This document shows, in pieces, positions 1-29,551 of a stretch of DNA of 64,000 nt (its first letter is position 1; each line of letters begins with the position of its first letter). The notes under the pieces were generated by a model that was not told the DNA's origin, ran no database searches, and was given only the letters and a program-made list of their open reading frames with translations. Made by a program: the position numbers and the translations under genes. The stretch is from Macrostomum lignano (lineage: Eukaryota): NCBI GenBank assembly GCA_002269645.1, contig NIVC01003287.1, forward strand, positions 42,487 to 106,486, in the 5' to 3' direction.

Positions 1-1646
1 CTGATGCTGCTCAATTAGTGGAGACTCAAGAATGAGACAGTTATCCGGAAAATTCGGGTTCATCATCCAACCCAGAAATTCTGCTGACACAGTCCTGCTC
101 AGTGAACTAAACTCGCTGAATTGACTGAACCAGTTGCCAGTGTAGAGAGTTATTAGACCATACCGTAATGCTCTACTTAAAGTAATATTCTAAGGAAGTC
201 AATTTCTTTCAAAATGAGTCATATCTATTTTAGGAATCACGTGCAAACAGAATGATTTAGAACCCTACATTGTTTGATCAAGGAACCGGATTTCAACAGC
301 TGTATTTGTTTAACTCCATATATGGTAATGCTCAAACATGCATGACCGCTTAATCAAACATTTTTGACCTAAGTAAATACCCAATCCCAAACCGGTTTTT
401 CTCCAAAATTTTGCTATAAATATAAGTCAAAATTCGAGTCACAAATTCAGACTCAGAGCGGTCTCTAAGAAGACTCCGAAGAAATAAGAAGACCAATCTC
501 TGAGGGACCACACCTGTCCAATTGCTAAGCGTTTACCCGATTTAGTTAATTGTTAATAGCGCTAATAAGTTGATTAATTGAGTTTACGAGAGCCACTTAT
601 TGTCGACACATTTGAGAAAGGCCTCCTTGTTTCCTAGGATACATTCCTAGAGGATTTATTGAATTGAATTGAGTTATCCGTTACGTTTCGGACGTAACGA
701 AGAAGACGCCCTTCAGGAGGACCTATCACAGAAAATTAGAGAATTCAATTATTCATTAGGGCGCACGTTCTACTGTTAATTCCGAGCTCGAGGACCGTCA
801 AGAAGTTCTGATTCGCTCTCGTTTTTGGTCGACTCACAGATAAAAGTCAAGGACTCCCGGAGGTACTGAGTCACCTAAGCCAAACCAAGAAGCCTACAAG
901 CCACTAAAGGATCCGCTGCAGTAAGTTATTTGAACTGGTAAATACCTAGGCACTTGTTCCCCAGTGTCTAGAAGTGGGAGTTTTTGAGTGACTGATCACC
1001 ACTCTTAAACTCTTCACCAGTGCTGCACATGTAGTTCCAGAATCACAGATCCCATCCCAATCTGTTAGATGCAGGAGTGCATCCGGAGTTTCTGACAGCG
1101 CTTTAATGCACGAGTTTATGAAAATTGGGTTTTGTATCTTACTTTTTGTACTTTCCATCAATTTCCAAAAACTTCAACTTTCCAAAGCACTCATATTTTA
1201 ACAACAATTTCCCAGCTAAAAATACCTGTGCCCATGCACACAGCAGTGACCCATTGAGGAAAATGCAACACAGAAGCGAGCGCTGAGTCTGCAGCGAGTG
1301 AGGAGAATTAAAGCAAACTGCATGCCATTTTTGCAGAAATTCAATTCAAAGTCAAGTTCCAGTTTCTGGTGCTGAAACTTCTAGAAATAGAAAAACAATG
1401 AGAGAAGTTATGAGGACCAAAGTAAGTTTAATTTAATTACTTTATGCATGCATAATGTTTATTGTGCTTCTATTCAATAAATATCAAATTCTGAATATGC
1501 TGGACGTAACAAACAATTATCGGACAAAGAAGTTCATCGCGTGTTGAAAATTAATTATAAGAGAAACTCGATCGAAAACCCGACCTTTAATAAATCAATC
1601 ACTCCAGTAAGACTACAGTTTAATTGTTTTCGGCAAGTGAATAAAA

Positions 1647-3320
1647 TTAGGATGCACTGAACACCTGCAGTCTCATGTTGCCTCTGTCAGCCACCACCAG
1701 CTGCTCGCGCGGACCTCCCGTCACCACCGCAAGACCCCATGGACGGTTGAATCTGCCGTCTCCGCTGCCGCTCTCGCCCGAAGTCCCCAGAGTCCACAGC
1801 AGCGACCCGTCGTCTGCAGCCACCGCTCGCACTGAGTGACCCCACAATTCACTCACGAACAGGCGGCCTCTGCTGTCGACGGCCACATCCAATGGCCAAA
1901 CAAACTGTTTAAGGCGAGAGCTCTGAGTCGGGAAGGAGGCGACCAGCTGCTGGGTGTCGATGCTCACTCTGTGCACCTGATCGTGCTTAAATTCTGTCAC
2001 CAGCATACAGTTGTCGTGAGTCGCCAGGTTGCGCAGATCAGCACGAGGAAGCTGAGACAGCGTGATGACCGTCTCCATCTGCCAAGTCTCTTTGCTGAAT
2101 GCAGCAATTTTGTTTCCACTGGACACAAACATGGAGGCTGCGTTGCCGCCGATTCCCTTGATGTCACCGAAGTCCCTGATGAATGGGCGGACTCGACGCA
2201 CCGCACGACCGCTCAGGTCCGTCACTGTCACTGCGTCAGGCTGAGCAATGAACAGCAGCTGACGATCGCAGTGAAGGCCACAGATGCGCTGCTTCCAGTC
2301 GATGTCGCAGTGGCACCGCAGCTTCTGTGAGCCGTCCGCAGACAGCACCAGTAGGTGTTTTCTGTTCGGAAGGAATGATGCAAAGATGCAGGGCTGAGGC
2401 AGAGGTTTTCTGCGTTTTTTGCGGTCTCCCGCTGAGTCGGCGGGAACCACACGGCCTGAGCGGTTACCAACGTATCCGCTGGTGTCGCTGCTCACAGCCA
2501 GCCATTGAACTGGGCGATCCAGCTTCACCTCGTGACTGAAGACCATCGGCTCTAACATTCTCTGAGCAGCCTCTATCTCATCAGAAGTCGCGGTCACCGC
2601 AGTCTCTCTCGACCAGTCGCCCTCTTCACTGCGTCCCGCACAAATGCCGACCAGCCGCTCGAGCTGGCCCAGAAGCCGCAGCTGCAGCTCCTCATTGTCG
2701 CTCTGGTCTCTGCGCAGCCGCTCTGACCTCTCAAAGTCGGCCTCCAAGTCTCCAAGCGATTCGTGCATGGACTGGACCAGGCGAAGCAGCTCCGCCATGT
2801 CGCCTGCAGCCTCCGCCGTGGCCACCTCCTGCTTGTAGCTGGAGACGTCCTCGAGGTCCCGCTCGCACACACGCACTGCCTCAAGCACACCTAAGAGCTG
2901 GCCCGTCACCCTGCTACGAAACGAGTCGATGTGTTGCTGTACCAAATCGAATTTGTGATTGACCTCTTGCAGCTGCTGTTGGATGTCGAGAGCGAGACGA
3001 CGCAGCGACTCAGCGTCTTTTCGGTGTCGCAGCAGCGCTGCATGGCCAGCTGCACCTGCTGCGCCTTGTGACTCTTGTGACTCTTGTGACTGTTGTGACT
3101 CTTGTGAGTCTTGTGACTCTTGTGAGTAGGCACGCAGCAGATCGTCGACCTCCTCCTTGAGTTTGAATAGATTGGCCACATCGACACTGAGGTGTTGACT
3201 GCACATGTGGCAGCGGGAGAATGGAGCCACACCGACTGCAGCTTGGTTGCAGATGATGCAGAGAGGAGTTGCGGGAGGCGCGTCCGAACTCGAGCTGTCG
3301 CTGGAGCTGCTGTGGCTCAT
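1647..3320 (-). CDS. Intronless protein with N-terminal Cys/His zinc-binding motif, coiled coil and C-terminal NHL-repeat beta-propeller (TRIM-NHL-like, no RING), 557 aa from ATG 3320
   Basis: Open frame 1647-3362. CIIC-x12-CHMC-x2-H motif, long heptad-rich helical region, NHL-type repeats (WPLDVAVDSRGRLFVSE, RFNRPWGLAVV...LVVADRGNMRLQVF). AATAAA on minus strand at 1458-1463. Start choice (3320 vs 3362) uncertain. Confidence 0.75.
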   Translation of the reverse strand: MSHSSSSDSSSSDAPPATPLCIICNQAAVGVAPFSRCHMCSQHLSVDVANLFKLKEEVDDLLRAYSQESQDSQESQQSQESQESQGAAGAAGHAALLRHRKDAESLRRLALDIQQQLQEVNHKFDLVQQHIDSFRSRVTGQLLGVLEAVRVCERDLEDVSSYKQEVATAEAAGDMAELLRLVQSMHESLGDLEADFERSERLRRDQSDNEELQLRLLGQLERLVGICAGRSEEGDWSRETAVTATSDEIEAAQRMLEPMVFSHEVKLDRPVQWLAVSSDTSGYVGNRSGRVVPADSAGDRKKRRKPLPQPCIFASFLPNRKHLLVLSADGSQKLRCHCDIDWKQRICGLHCDRQLLFIAQPDAVTVTDLSGRAVRRVRPFIRDFGDIKGIGGNAASMFVSSGNKIAAFSKETWQMETVITLSQLPRADLRNLATHDNCMLVTEFKHDQVHRVSIDTQQLVASFPTQSSRLKQFVWPLDVAVDSRGRLFVSELWGHSVRAVAADDGSLLWTLGTSGESGSGDGRFNRPWGLAVVTGGPREQLVVADRGNMRLQVFSAS

Positions 3321-3376
3321 TGTTGGATTGGCTGTGAGGAGTTGAAATGTAGATGAAGTCAAAACCCAACGTAGGA

Positions 3377-3548
3377 TGCAGTGTGGGGATGGGGTGCAGT
3401 GTGGGAATGGGGTGCAGTGTGAGGATGGGGTGCAGTGTGGGAATGGGGTGCAGTGTGGGAATGGGGTGCAGTGTGAGGATGGGGTGCAGTGTGAGGATGG
3501 GGTGCAGTGTGAGGATGGGGTGCAGTGTGGGAATGGGGTGCAGTGTGA
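3377..3548. repeat. 18-bp minisatellite (GGGATGGGGTGCAGTGTG-like), about 9-10 units
   Basis: Direct tandem units visible just upstream of the NHL gene start. Confidence 0.9.
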
Positions 3549-4000
3549 ATGGGCTGAAAAGAACCCGTGACACTGAAGGTGTCAGTAAATGATAGTCTAT
3601 CAAACACTAAGACAGCTATAAGTATAAATAAAAAATGATATGTTTAAAAAGCAAAGCAAATGTTATTGCATGGCATGAAAACTTAACTGTGGTAAATGAT
3701 GAGCATATAAAAATGCTGTCTTTAAATTCAGTATATTTTGCATGCAGCACATAGTTAATGAAAAGGCAAATCACAATTATCTATTTTGGATTAGATAATC
3801 AGAATTATTCGACAGATAATTTGATAATATACAATAGTACACTCATAAATAACAGTACACTATTATTAGTGCCCAGATTTAAAGTGCAATGCCAGTGGAA
3901 TACTAAGGTTGTAGCAGCCGGTAAATGATGACTCATCAAAAAAGCAAAAAATTAATTAAAGCCTGTTCAAGAACTCGTAATGCCCATAGCAGCACACAGA

Positions 4001-4442
4001 TACTCAGGCTACTCAGCCAAGCAACCACAGCAGCTCAGGCTACTCAGCCAAGCAAAGTCAGCAGCTCAGGTTACTCAGCCAAGCAAAGTCAGCAGCTCAG
4101 GCTACTCAGCCAAGCAAAGTCAGCAGCTCAGGCTACTCAGCCAAGCAAAGTCAGCAGCTCAGGTTACTCAGCCAAGCAAAGTCAGCAGCTCAGGCTACTC
4201 AGCCAAGCAAAGTCAGCAGCTCAGGCTACTCAGCCAAGCAAAGTCAGCAGCTCAGGCTACTCAGCCAAGCAAAGTCAGCAGCTCAGGCTACTCAGCCAAG
4301 CAAAGTCAGCAGCTCAGGTTACTCAGCCAAGCAAAGTCAGCAGCTCAGGCTACTCAGCCAAGCAAAGTCAGCAGCTCAGGCTACTCAGCCAAGCAAAGTC
4401 AGCAGCTCAGGCTACTCAGCCAAGCAAAGTCAGCAGCTCAGG

Positions 4443-4458
<16 letters not shown>
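4001..4458. repeat. 31-bp minisatellite CTCAGGCTACTCAGCCAAGCAAAGTCAGCAG, about 15 units, beginning at the TSC2 stop codon
   Basis: Tandem units; 31-aa periodicity in the spurious ORFs equals three 31-bp units. Confidence 0.95.
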
Positions 4459-22206
<17,748 letters not shown>

Positions 22207-22379
22207 ATCCACATATGCTTCTGTGGAAGCAATTCATAACAACACAAATACTTCACTTCTGAGTCAATGATCAATCAGCTTCATTCTATTTGAAGTTTGC
22301 CTCGATCGGTTTTTCAAAGTTCCTCAAGACCTTAAATTTATAGAGGTTTTAATACTCTTAAGACGCTAAATTTCCCAGT

Positions 22380-23770
22380 TTTAAATACCACCAGACCCTA
22401 AATTCCCCACAGTTTTTAAATCCCCTAGGATACTAAATTCCCCACAGATTTTAAATCCCCTAGGATACTAAATTCCCCAGATTTTAAATCCCCTAGGATA
22501 CTAAATTTATTACAGTTTTGAATACCCTGACAGTATTCCCTACAGTTTTGAATACCCTGACAGAATTCCCTACAGTTTGAATACCCCTAGGACACTAAAT
22601 TCCCTACAGTTTGAATACCCCTAGGACACTAAATTCATTACAGTTTTGAATACCCCTAGGACACTAAATTCCCAACAGTTTTGAATACCCTGACAGAATT
22701 CCCTACAGTTTGAATACCCCTAGGACACTAAATTCCTAACAGTTTTGAATACCCTGACAGAATTCCCTAGTTTGAATATCCCTAGGAAACTAAATTCCCT
22801 ACAGTTTTGAATACCCTGACAGAATTCCCTACAGTTTGAATACCCCTAGGACACTAAATTCCCTCAGTTTTTAAATCCCCTAAGACACTAAATTCCCCAG
22901 TTTTTAAATCCCATAGGACACTAAATTCCCCACAGTTTTTAAATCCCCTAGGACACTAAATTCCCCACAGTTTTTAAATCCCCTAGGACACTAAATTCCC
23001 CACAGTTTTTAAATCCCCTAGGACACTAAATTCCCTGCAGATTTTAAATACCCTAGGACACTAAATTCCCTACAGTTTGAATACCCCTAGGACACTAAAT
23101 TCCCCACAGTTTGAATACCCCTAGGACACTAAATTCCCCACAGTTTGAATACCCCTAGGACACTAAATTCCCTACAGTTTGAATACCCCTAGGACACTAA
23201 ATTCCCTACAGTTTGAATACCCCTAGGACACTAAATTCCCTACAGTTTGAATACCCCTAGGACACTAAATTCCCCACAGTTTGAATACCCCTAGGACACT
23301 AAATTCCCCACAGTTTGAATACCCCTAGGACACTAAATTCCCCACAGTTTGAATACCCCTAGGACACTAAATTCCCTACAGTTTGAATACCCCTAGGAAA
23401 CTAAATTCCCTACAGTTTGAATACCCTGACAGAATTCCCTACAGTTTGAATACCCCTAGGACACTAAATTCCCTACAGTTTGAATACCCCTAGGACACTA
23501 AATTCCCCACAGTTTGAATACCCCTAGGACACTAAATTCCCTACAGTTTGAATACCCCTAGGACACTAAATTCCCTACAGTTTGAATACCCTGACAGAAT
23601 TCCCTACAGTTTGAATACCCCTAGGACACTAAATTCCCTACAGTTTGAATACCCTGACAGAATTCCCTACAGTTTGAATACCCTGACAGAATTCTCTACA
23701 GTTTGAATACCCTGACAGAATTCCCTACAGTTTGAATACCCCCCAGTAAGACACTAAATTCCCTACAGAT
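22380..23770. repeat. About 34-bp minisatellite CCCTAGGACACTAAATTCCCTACAGTTTGAATAC between TSFM and TSC2
   Basis: Tandem units with a shorter CCCTGACAGAATT variant. Confidence 0.93.
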
Positions 23771-24372
23771 TTAAAGACGCCTATGGAACTAAGTTCCCAA
23801 TAGAATGGACTAAATTTCCCATAATAAGTTTCCAAGTAATACTATTAATTTTAGCATATAGAAGAAGATTTCGTTATTCATACTTTGCATAACCTAGCAA
23901 CCAGAAACCTCAGCTGTCATCAGCAAGATCTAGCCTAACAAGCAACAAAAAATATTCATTAAAAAATTATTAAGATTTCAGGTAAATAAATCAAGCAAAA
24001 GCATTAAGAACAGCTGTTCTACTGCAGACAAAACATATTGCTAATTTTTTGCGCCTAGCAATTCACTGATTAGGCCTACTTAAAGTAGCTATGCTTGTAG
24101 TTGCAACAAATTTACTTTAAAAAAATTAATTGATCTAACGAAACACACAAGGTCAGAGACAAGATCTTGAGAAATAGTACAACTTATTATAGCTATGAAA
24201 AATGCAATATTTTTGCTAAAACAAATTACCATAGACAAATTTGACCAAAGCAGCAATTTAATCTAGCATAGGGAGCCTAGGTTTTGGGTGTCATACCGCC
24301 TGTGGTGACACATCAACTTGTATCTTTTTAAGCATAGTTCGTTTTATCTTTCAGTTTCAATCCAAAAGTAGG

Positions 24373-25906
24373 TCATTCTTCGGCGCATTTAAGCCGAAAG
24401 AATCCCGCAACTTGCATCCCAGCTTCTTGGAGCACGTCGCCAACTAGACGAGTTTCATCTAGTAAAAACTCCTGACGAAGGAGAGCGTCTTCGGATTCCG
24501 GGTCGGGGTTCGGTTGAGGAGAGTCCAGTCTGGAATGGCATTGTTAGCGATTTTCAGTTAGTATAGATCCAGCTGAGGACTGTGTCTGTCTATACACGAG
24601 CCATTAGTATGTCTATACAATATCTATCAGTGTATCAGTGTGTCTATACAAGATTTATCAATGAAATAAATTTATATAATATCTGTCTATACAGGATCTA
24701 TCAGTGTATCTATACAAGATTTATCCGTGTATCTATACAAGATCTATCCGTGTATCTATACAAGATCTATCAGTGTATCTATACAAAATCTATCAGTGTA
24801 TCTATCCAAGATCTATCAGTGTATCTATCCAAGATCTATCAGTGTATCTATACAAGATCTATCAGTGTATCTATACAAAATCTATCAGTGTATCTATCCA
24901 AGATCTATCGGTGTATCTATACAAGATCTATCGGTGTATCTATACAAGATCTGTCCGTGTATCTATACAAGATCTATCCGCGTATCTATACAATATCTAT
25001 CAGTGTATCTATACAAGATCTATCAGTGTATCTATACAAAATTTAGCAGTGTATCTATACAAGATCTATCAGTGTATCTATACAAGATCTATCAGTGTTT
25101 CTATACAAGATCTGTCCGTGTATCTATACAAGATCTATCTATCCGTGTATCTATACAAGATCTATCAGTGTATCTATACAACATCTATTAGTGTATCTAT
25201 ACAAGATCTGTCCGTGTATCTATACAAGATCTATCCGTGTATCTATACAAGATCTGTCAGTGTATCTATACAAGATCTGTCAGTGTATCTATACAAGATC
25301 TATCGGTGTATCTATACAAGATCTATCGGTGTATCTATACAAGATCTATCAGTGTGCACTGATCAGTGTATCAGTGATTGAGTCTCTATCTCAATCTGTG
25401 AAATCAAAAATCAACCAATCACATTCACCTAGCCGGATTCCTGCCAACAATGTGCTGACAGATCTGATAGGCCAGCTGCTCACTGCCGCCGCTATAGGCC
25501 ACCGCAGCGGCGTACCGACCGAACTGACAGGAGCCGGTCTCAGACTGCTGCAGCGGATGGGCATCCGGCTCGCCCTGCCACGGCGAGTGGCAGTACAGAG
25601 CCAGACTGTCTGGCTGGGCGTTGAACACCAGCGCCCGGCCGCAGATGATGTTCTCACCGACGCTGCCGACCAAGCTGGCGACAGAGTCAGCGAGGGAGCT
25701 GTCACCGAGTTTCAAGCCCAGCAGCCGGTCCTGGGGCACCAGAGTGACCCCTTGCGGCGCCGAGGCGATGAAGTTATCAGCCAGACTGTTGCACGCCTCC
25801 GATAGTAGGGTCTGGGGATAGATTGGATAGATAGATAGATTAGATTAGACAGATAGATAAATAGAAGATAGAAGAAGATAGATAGATAGACAGACAGACA
25901 GACACG

Positions 25907-25978
<72 letters not shown>

Positions 25979-26391
25979 GGTACCAACCTGAAACCGTGCA
26001 TTCCTAGCAACAAAGTCGGTCTCGCAGCGCAGCTCTAACAATGACAGACAGTTAGGCGAGGCAACGCGCTGCACAATGCCTAGCAGACCCTGGAATCGGT
26101 CAAGTAGTTGATAACTATAGAAAAGCAAACATAGACCAACAAACCCAAATTGCAACAAGCCAACAAAGTTGTCACCTGTCTCGCAGTTCTATCTATCAAT
26201 TTCTCAGCTTTCGCCCAGCCCTCAGCTTGGGCCCGTTCATCTAGCCAGGCTTTGGCCTCGGACACGTCGCCATTGCAGCGAGACAGAGCCTGCCGACAGG
26301 CCAGCATAGGGTAGCCAGTTGTCTGTCTGAGCTGCATCAGCGCCTGCTTAGAAATGCTGGAACACATGGCTAGAATCTGTGATAACCTCAT
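24373..26391 (-). CDS. TSFM: Mitochondrial elongation factor Ts, 4 exons, 285 aa: complement(join(24373..24529,25429..25811,25988..26089,26176..26391))
   Basis: EF-Ts motifs LMQLRQTTGYPMLACRQAL, AQAEGWAKAEKL, ELRCETDFVARNARFQ, VGENI, QICQHIVG, LLRQEFLLD...FFRLKCAE. GT-AG and phase-consistent (858 nt). Confidence 0.92.
24585..25350. repeat. 23-bp minisatellite AGTGTATCTATACAAGATCTATC filling TSFM intron 3
   Basis: Tandem units; 23-aa periodicity in pseudo-ORFs. Confidence 0.95.
25818..25979. repeat. Compound (GATA)n/(GACA)n microsatellite filling TSFM intron 2
   Basis: Direct sequence. Confidence 0.95.
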
Positions 26392-27932
26392 GCTGTGTTA
26401 ATTCAGAAATTTACAGTTTTTTTTAAAATGATGAATTTGTTTAATTAATTTGTTGAACTCTTGACTCATAATATTTGAATGTTGATATTGATTGGATACT
26501 AATTTTTAGAATAGATTAATTAAATCATAACTCTTGGATAGATTGAATGCTTGATAGATCTTGGATAGATTAAAAAATAGATCTTTGATAGATCGAATGT
26601 TAGATTTTGGATAGATATTGGTTAGATGTGATGATAGATTTTATATTAAATGATAGATCTTGGATAAATTTAATATATCTTGGATGCATTGAATCATAGC
26701 TTTTAGCTTAAATGATAATCTTAGAAAGATTGAATGATAGATTGAATGTTAGCTCTTGAATAGATTAAATGATAGATATTAGTTAGATTTTGTGATAGAT
26801 CTTAAACTAAATGATTTGATTTTGCATAGAATAAAAAGTAGATCCTTCATATGTTAAAATATCAATTTGGAATAGAATAAAAAAGCAAAGAGATCTAAAA
26901 AAAGAACTTGAGCTTAAATTATTGAAAAAATTAACAAATTTAAAGGCCAGTTGAACTTCTATATAAGTTTATGATTCAGTTTTATTTCAAAAGTTTATTG
27001 ATAATCATTAACTGGAATGAAAAACAGCAAAGGCAATATAAATGAAAATACAAACTATAGTTTTATTTATTTAAAAAACATTGAAAAAGTATATGCTACA
27101 AAGCTGAAGCTTGTATTATAAAATTATAAGTATAGAATGATTCACAAAACTACAAAGAATCATTAACAAGCAAATTTATTAAGTAATTGATAATTGTAGC
27201 ATTATAATTACAAGACAAGTCCAAGACAACATAGTGAAGAAATACTTTTTAACATTTTTATTTAACAAAGAATTTTACTTTTGGATTAAAATTTAAATAA
27301 TAAAACTTTTATTAATGAATATAAAATTGATACTTGATTTTAAAAAATTGATAGGAACATTTATGTTTATTTACTAAGTTACTAACTAATACTATACTTA
27401 AAATAATTTTATTTTTTATTAAATTTATAATTATGAATGATTATTGTTAGGTTTTACCATTATTAAATGACCATAAACCATTTCTTTAAGTAAGAACAAA
27501 CTTAAAGTTAAAGGTCTAAGAAAGATGCAATTTATTTTAATTAATTATATTTTATTATATCTATTATTTAATGATATTATGGCATTGCATATTAGAATTA
27601 TATTTTATTAGGACATCTAGATATTATTGTTATCTTAGACTTATTTAGACCTAATAACTATTCTTATTAAGCTACTTATTAAATCTTTATTATTATTTTA
27701 TCATTCATCCTTATTTATTGAAATTTGTTAAACCCATGATAAGGATAAAGACACAAAAACATTTATTTAAAATTGAAATTACAATTACATTGAAACTTAT
27801 ACTTATCAATTGAGACAAAAACTGACAATATAGTCTCTGACCAATTCATTAAGGAGACAAGGAGCCAAAAAATGTATGATTATGGCTGTAGTGTAGATAT
27901 TAAACCTGACATCAGTCTGTCACTTGCTTAAG

Positions 27933-28418
27933 TTAGTACAAGCAAAATGAAAATAGAGCACACACAAATACAAGTGCCAATGAAACAGCAGACTGCCTTT
28001 GAGCAAAGTTGCAGCCATTCCAATCGTTGCAAAAGCAATATTTTTTAAATTCGTCGACATCTTCATTAATTTTTGTGTTGGGTCGTTTGTCCAGTGTAGC
28101 CTGAAACGTTTTTGAGTATATGCAGTAACCATGACGGCGAATCATAGGCATTTCGGTCCTGTGCGCAGTAGACTCCAGAAAGCTATCAAGACATCCACGG
28201 GTAATGTATTTTTGTCCGCCAATGCTCTCGATATACTTCACGCAGTAGTTTACAGCAAGCTTTGAATTGTCGCACTTTTTCCAGTGCTGTAGACGTATGT
28301 CGAGCGACTCTCCACACCCCGACCTTCCACTGTGGCATCGATAGCACCAGGTCTCACCAGCATGACTAAAACTAAATAAGAAAATAGTCAAAATACCTAA
28401 AACAATAACTGCTTTCAT
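27933..28418 (-). CDS. Secreted, probably GPI-anchored Ly6/three-finger protein of quiver/sleepless type, 161 aa, intronless
   Basis: Signal peptide MKAVIVLGILTIFLFSFSHA, 10 Cys in CYRC...C...C...CVK...RGC...C...CFCNDWNGCN pattern, hydrophobic C-terminal tail (AVSLALVFVCALFSFCLY). Confidence 0.8.
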   Translation of the reverse strand: MKAVIVLGILTIFLFSFSHAGETWCYRCHSGRSGCGESLDIRLQHWKKCDNSKLAVNYCVKYIESIGGQKYITRGCLDSFLESTAHRTEMPMIRRHGYCIYSKTFQATLDKRPNTKINEDVDEFKKYCFCNDWNGCNFAQRQSAVSLALVFVCALFSFCLY

Positions 28419-28852
28419 TTTAGCGCTAATCAAACAGCTGCAGCGTAGCTACTGGGCTTATCAAACGTTTTATTTCGGAGAATAGTGGAAATTTCCTCAA
28501 AATTAAAAAACTTTTAAATATAATTAAATCAGCTCTTATTTATGCTTATGACTATAAAAAAACTGACACAATGCATGAAATTGGAAATTACTGATAGTTT
28601 TTGCATAAATAATAAAACCACGTTAAATTCTTTGTTTTACGTTGTTAAACTCATGGCTAATATTCCGTGAGAATAACTTAAAAAATAGTTTCTAGTGTCA
28701 AAGAAAAAATAATTACGTTTCTGTCGTGACGCTATATGTTTCTATAAATTTCTACGCTTGTATTAATAGTACAGTAGTAGTAATTATAAACATTAATATT
28801 TAATAATGTAATGTAGTCTCCATTCTGGAAACTTCTGCGCTCACCCCATATA

Positions 28853-29551
28853 CCAACACCACCAACAGCAACAAACTACAGCAACCCTGGGCAAGCCAAT
28901 TAAGTTGGGTTGCTGTCAAAACGCGCGCGCAAGCGCAGATTTGCGCAGAATAGCGAGTCCGCGGGGGTCGGAGATTGCAGCGTCTCTTAAAAGCAGGTCG
29001 ACAAAAAGACGCTGACTTCTCGCCTGACCAAGTCGCCGCGGACCTTGAAGGGATAGCAGCAGCACATCTTGAAGCGGCTCAGGGCAGTACTGCTCTGCCC
29101 GGATGACGTGGCCGGCCAGCTGTAGGAGCCGGATGCGTAGCAGCTGGCTGGGTCGGGAAAGCTGAGCCCGTCGGTATAAACTCGTCATTGCTGGTGTTGG
29201 TGGTGGCAGTCGGCGAGTAGTGGACACCGAAGGCGGCTCTCGGGAGTCCAGCGTGAGCGGCGTCTAGTTGCCGCTCCTGCGGGCCGTTCAGTGTCCGTTC
29301 AGACGGCCTGGAACAGCCCCCCTCAGCCGATCCGGCAGCGCGGGGCTCTGCAGGACAGTCCGCACAAGCGCCCAGACAAGCGCCCTGCGCCGTGCCATGT
29401 CCTCCGTGATGCTTGGCACCAGACCGCCGAGGTAGACGAACTCTTTGCAGCGGGGCAGCAACGCCACCTGCCCGTTCGTGCAGCGGCAGTATAGATCTCA
29501 GCTGCATGGGAGGTCCATCGGCACGGTCAACACCATCGTCTTTTTGGTGTT
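28853..29551 (-). mobile_element. 3' part of a decayed RTE-like non-LTR retrotransposon (host of the LTR insertion)
   Basis: Translates to TKKTMVLTVP...EFVYLGGLVP...QLAGHVIRAEQYCPEPLQDVLLL, homologous to the 3' end of the element at 59864-63030; stops and frameshifts; GTT/GTG-rich tail at 28853-28885. Confidence 0.85.

Noticed and set aside
946-1161. 71-aa minus-strand ORF, possibly an exon of a gene leaving the window
   Set aside because: No recognisable motif and no convincing acceptor.
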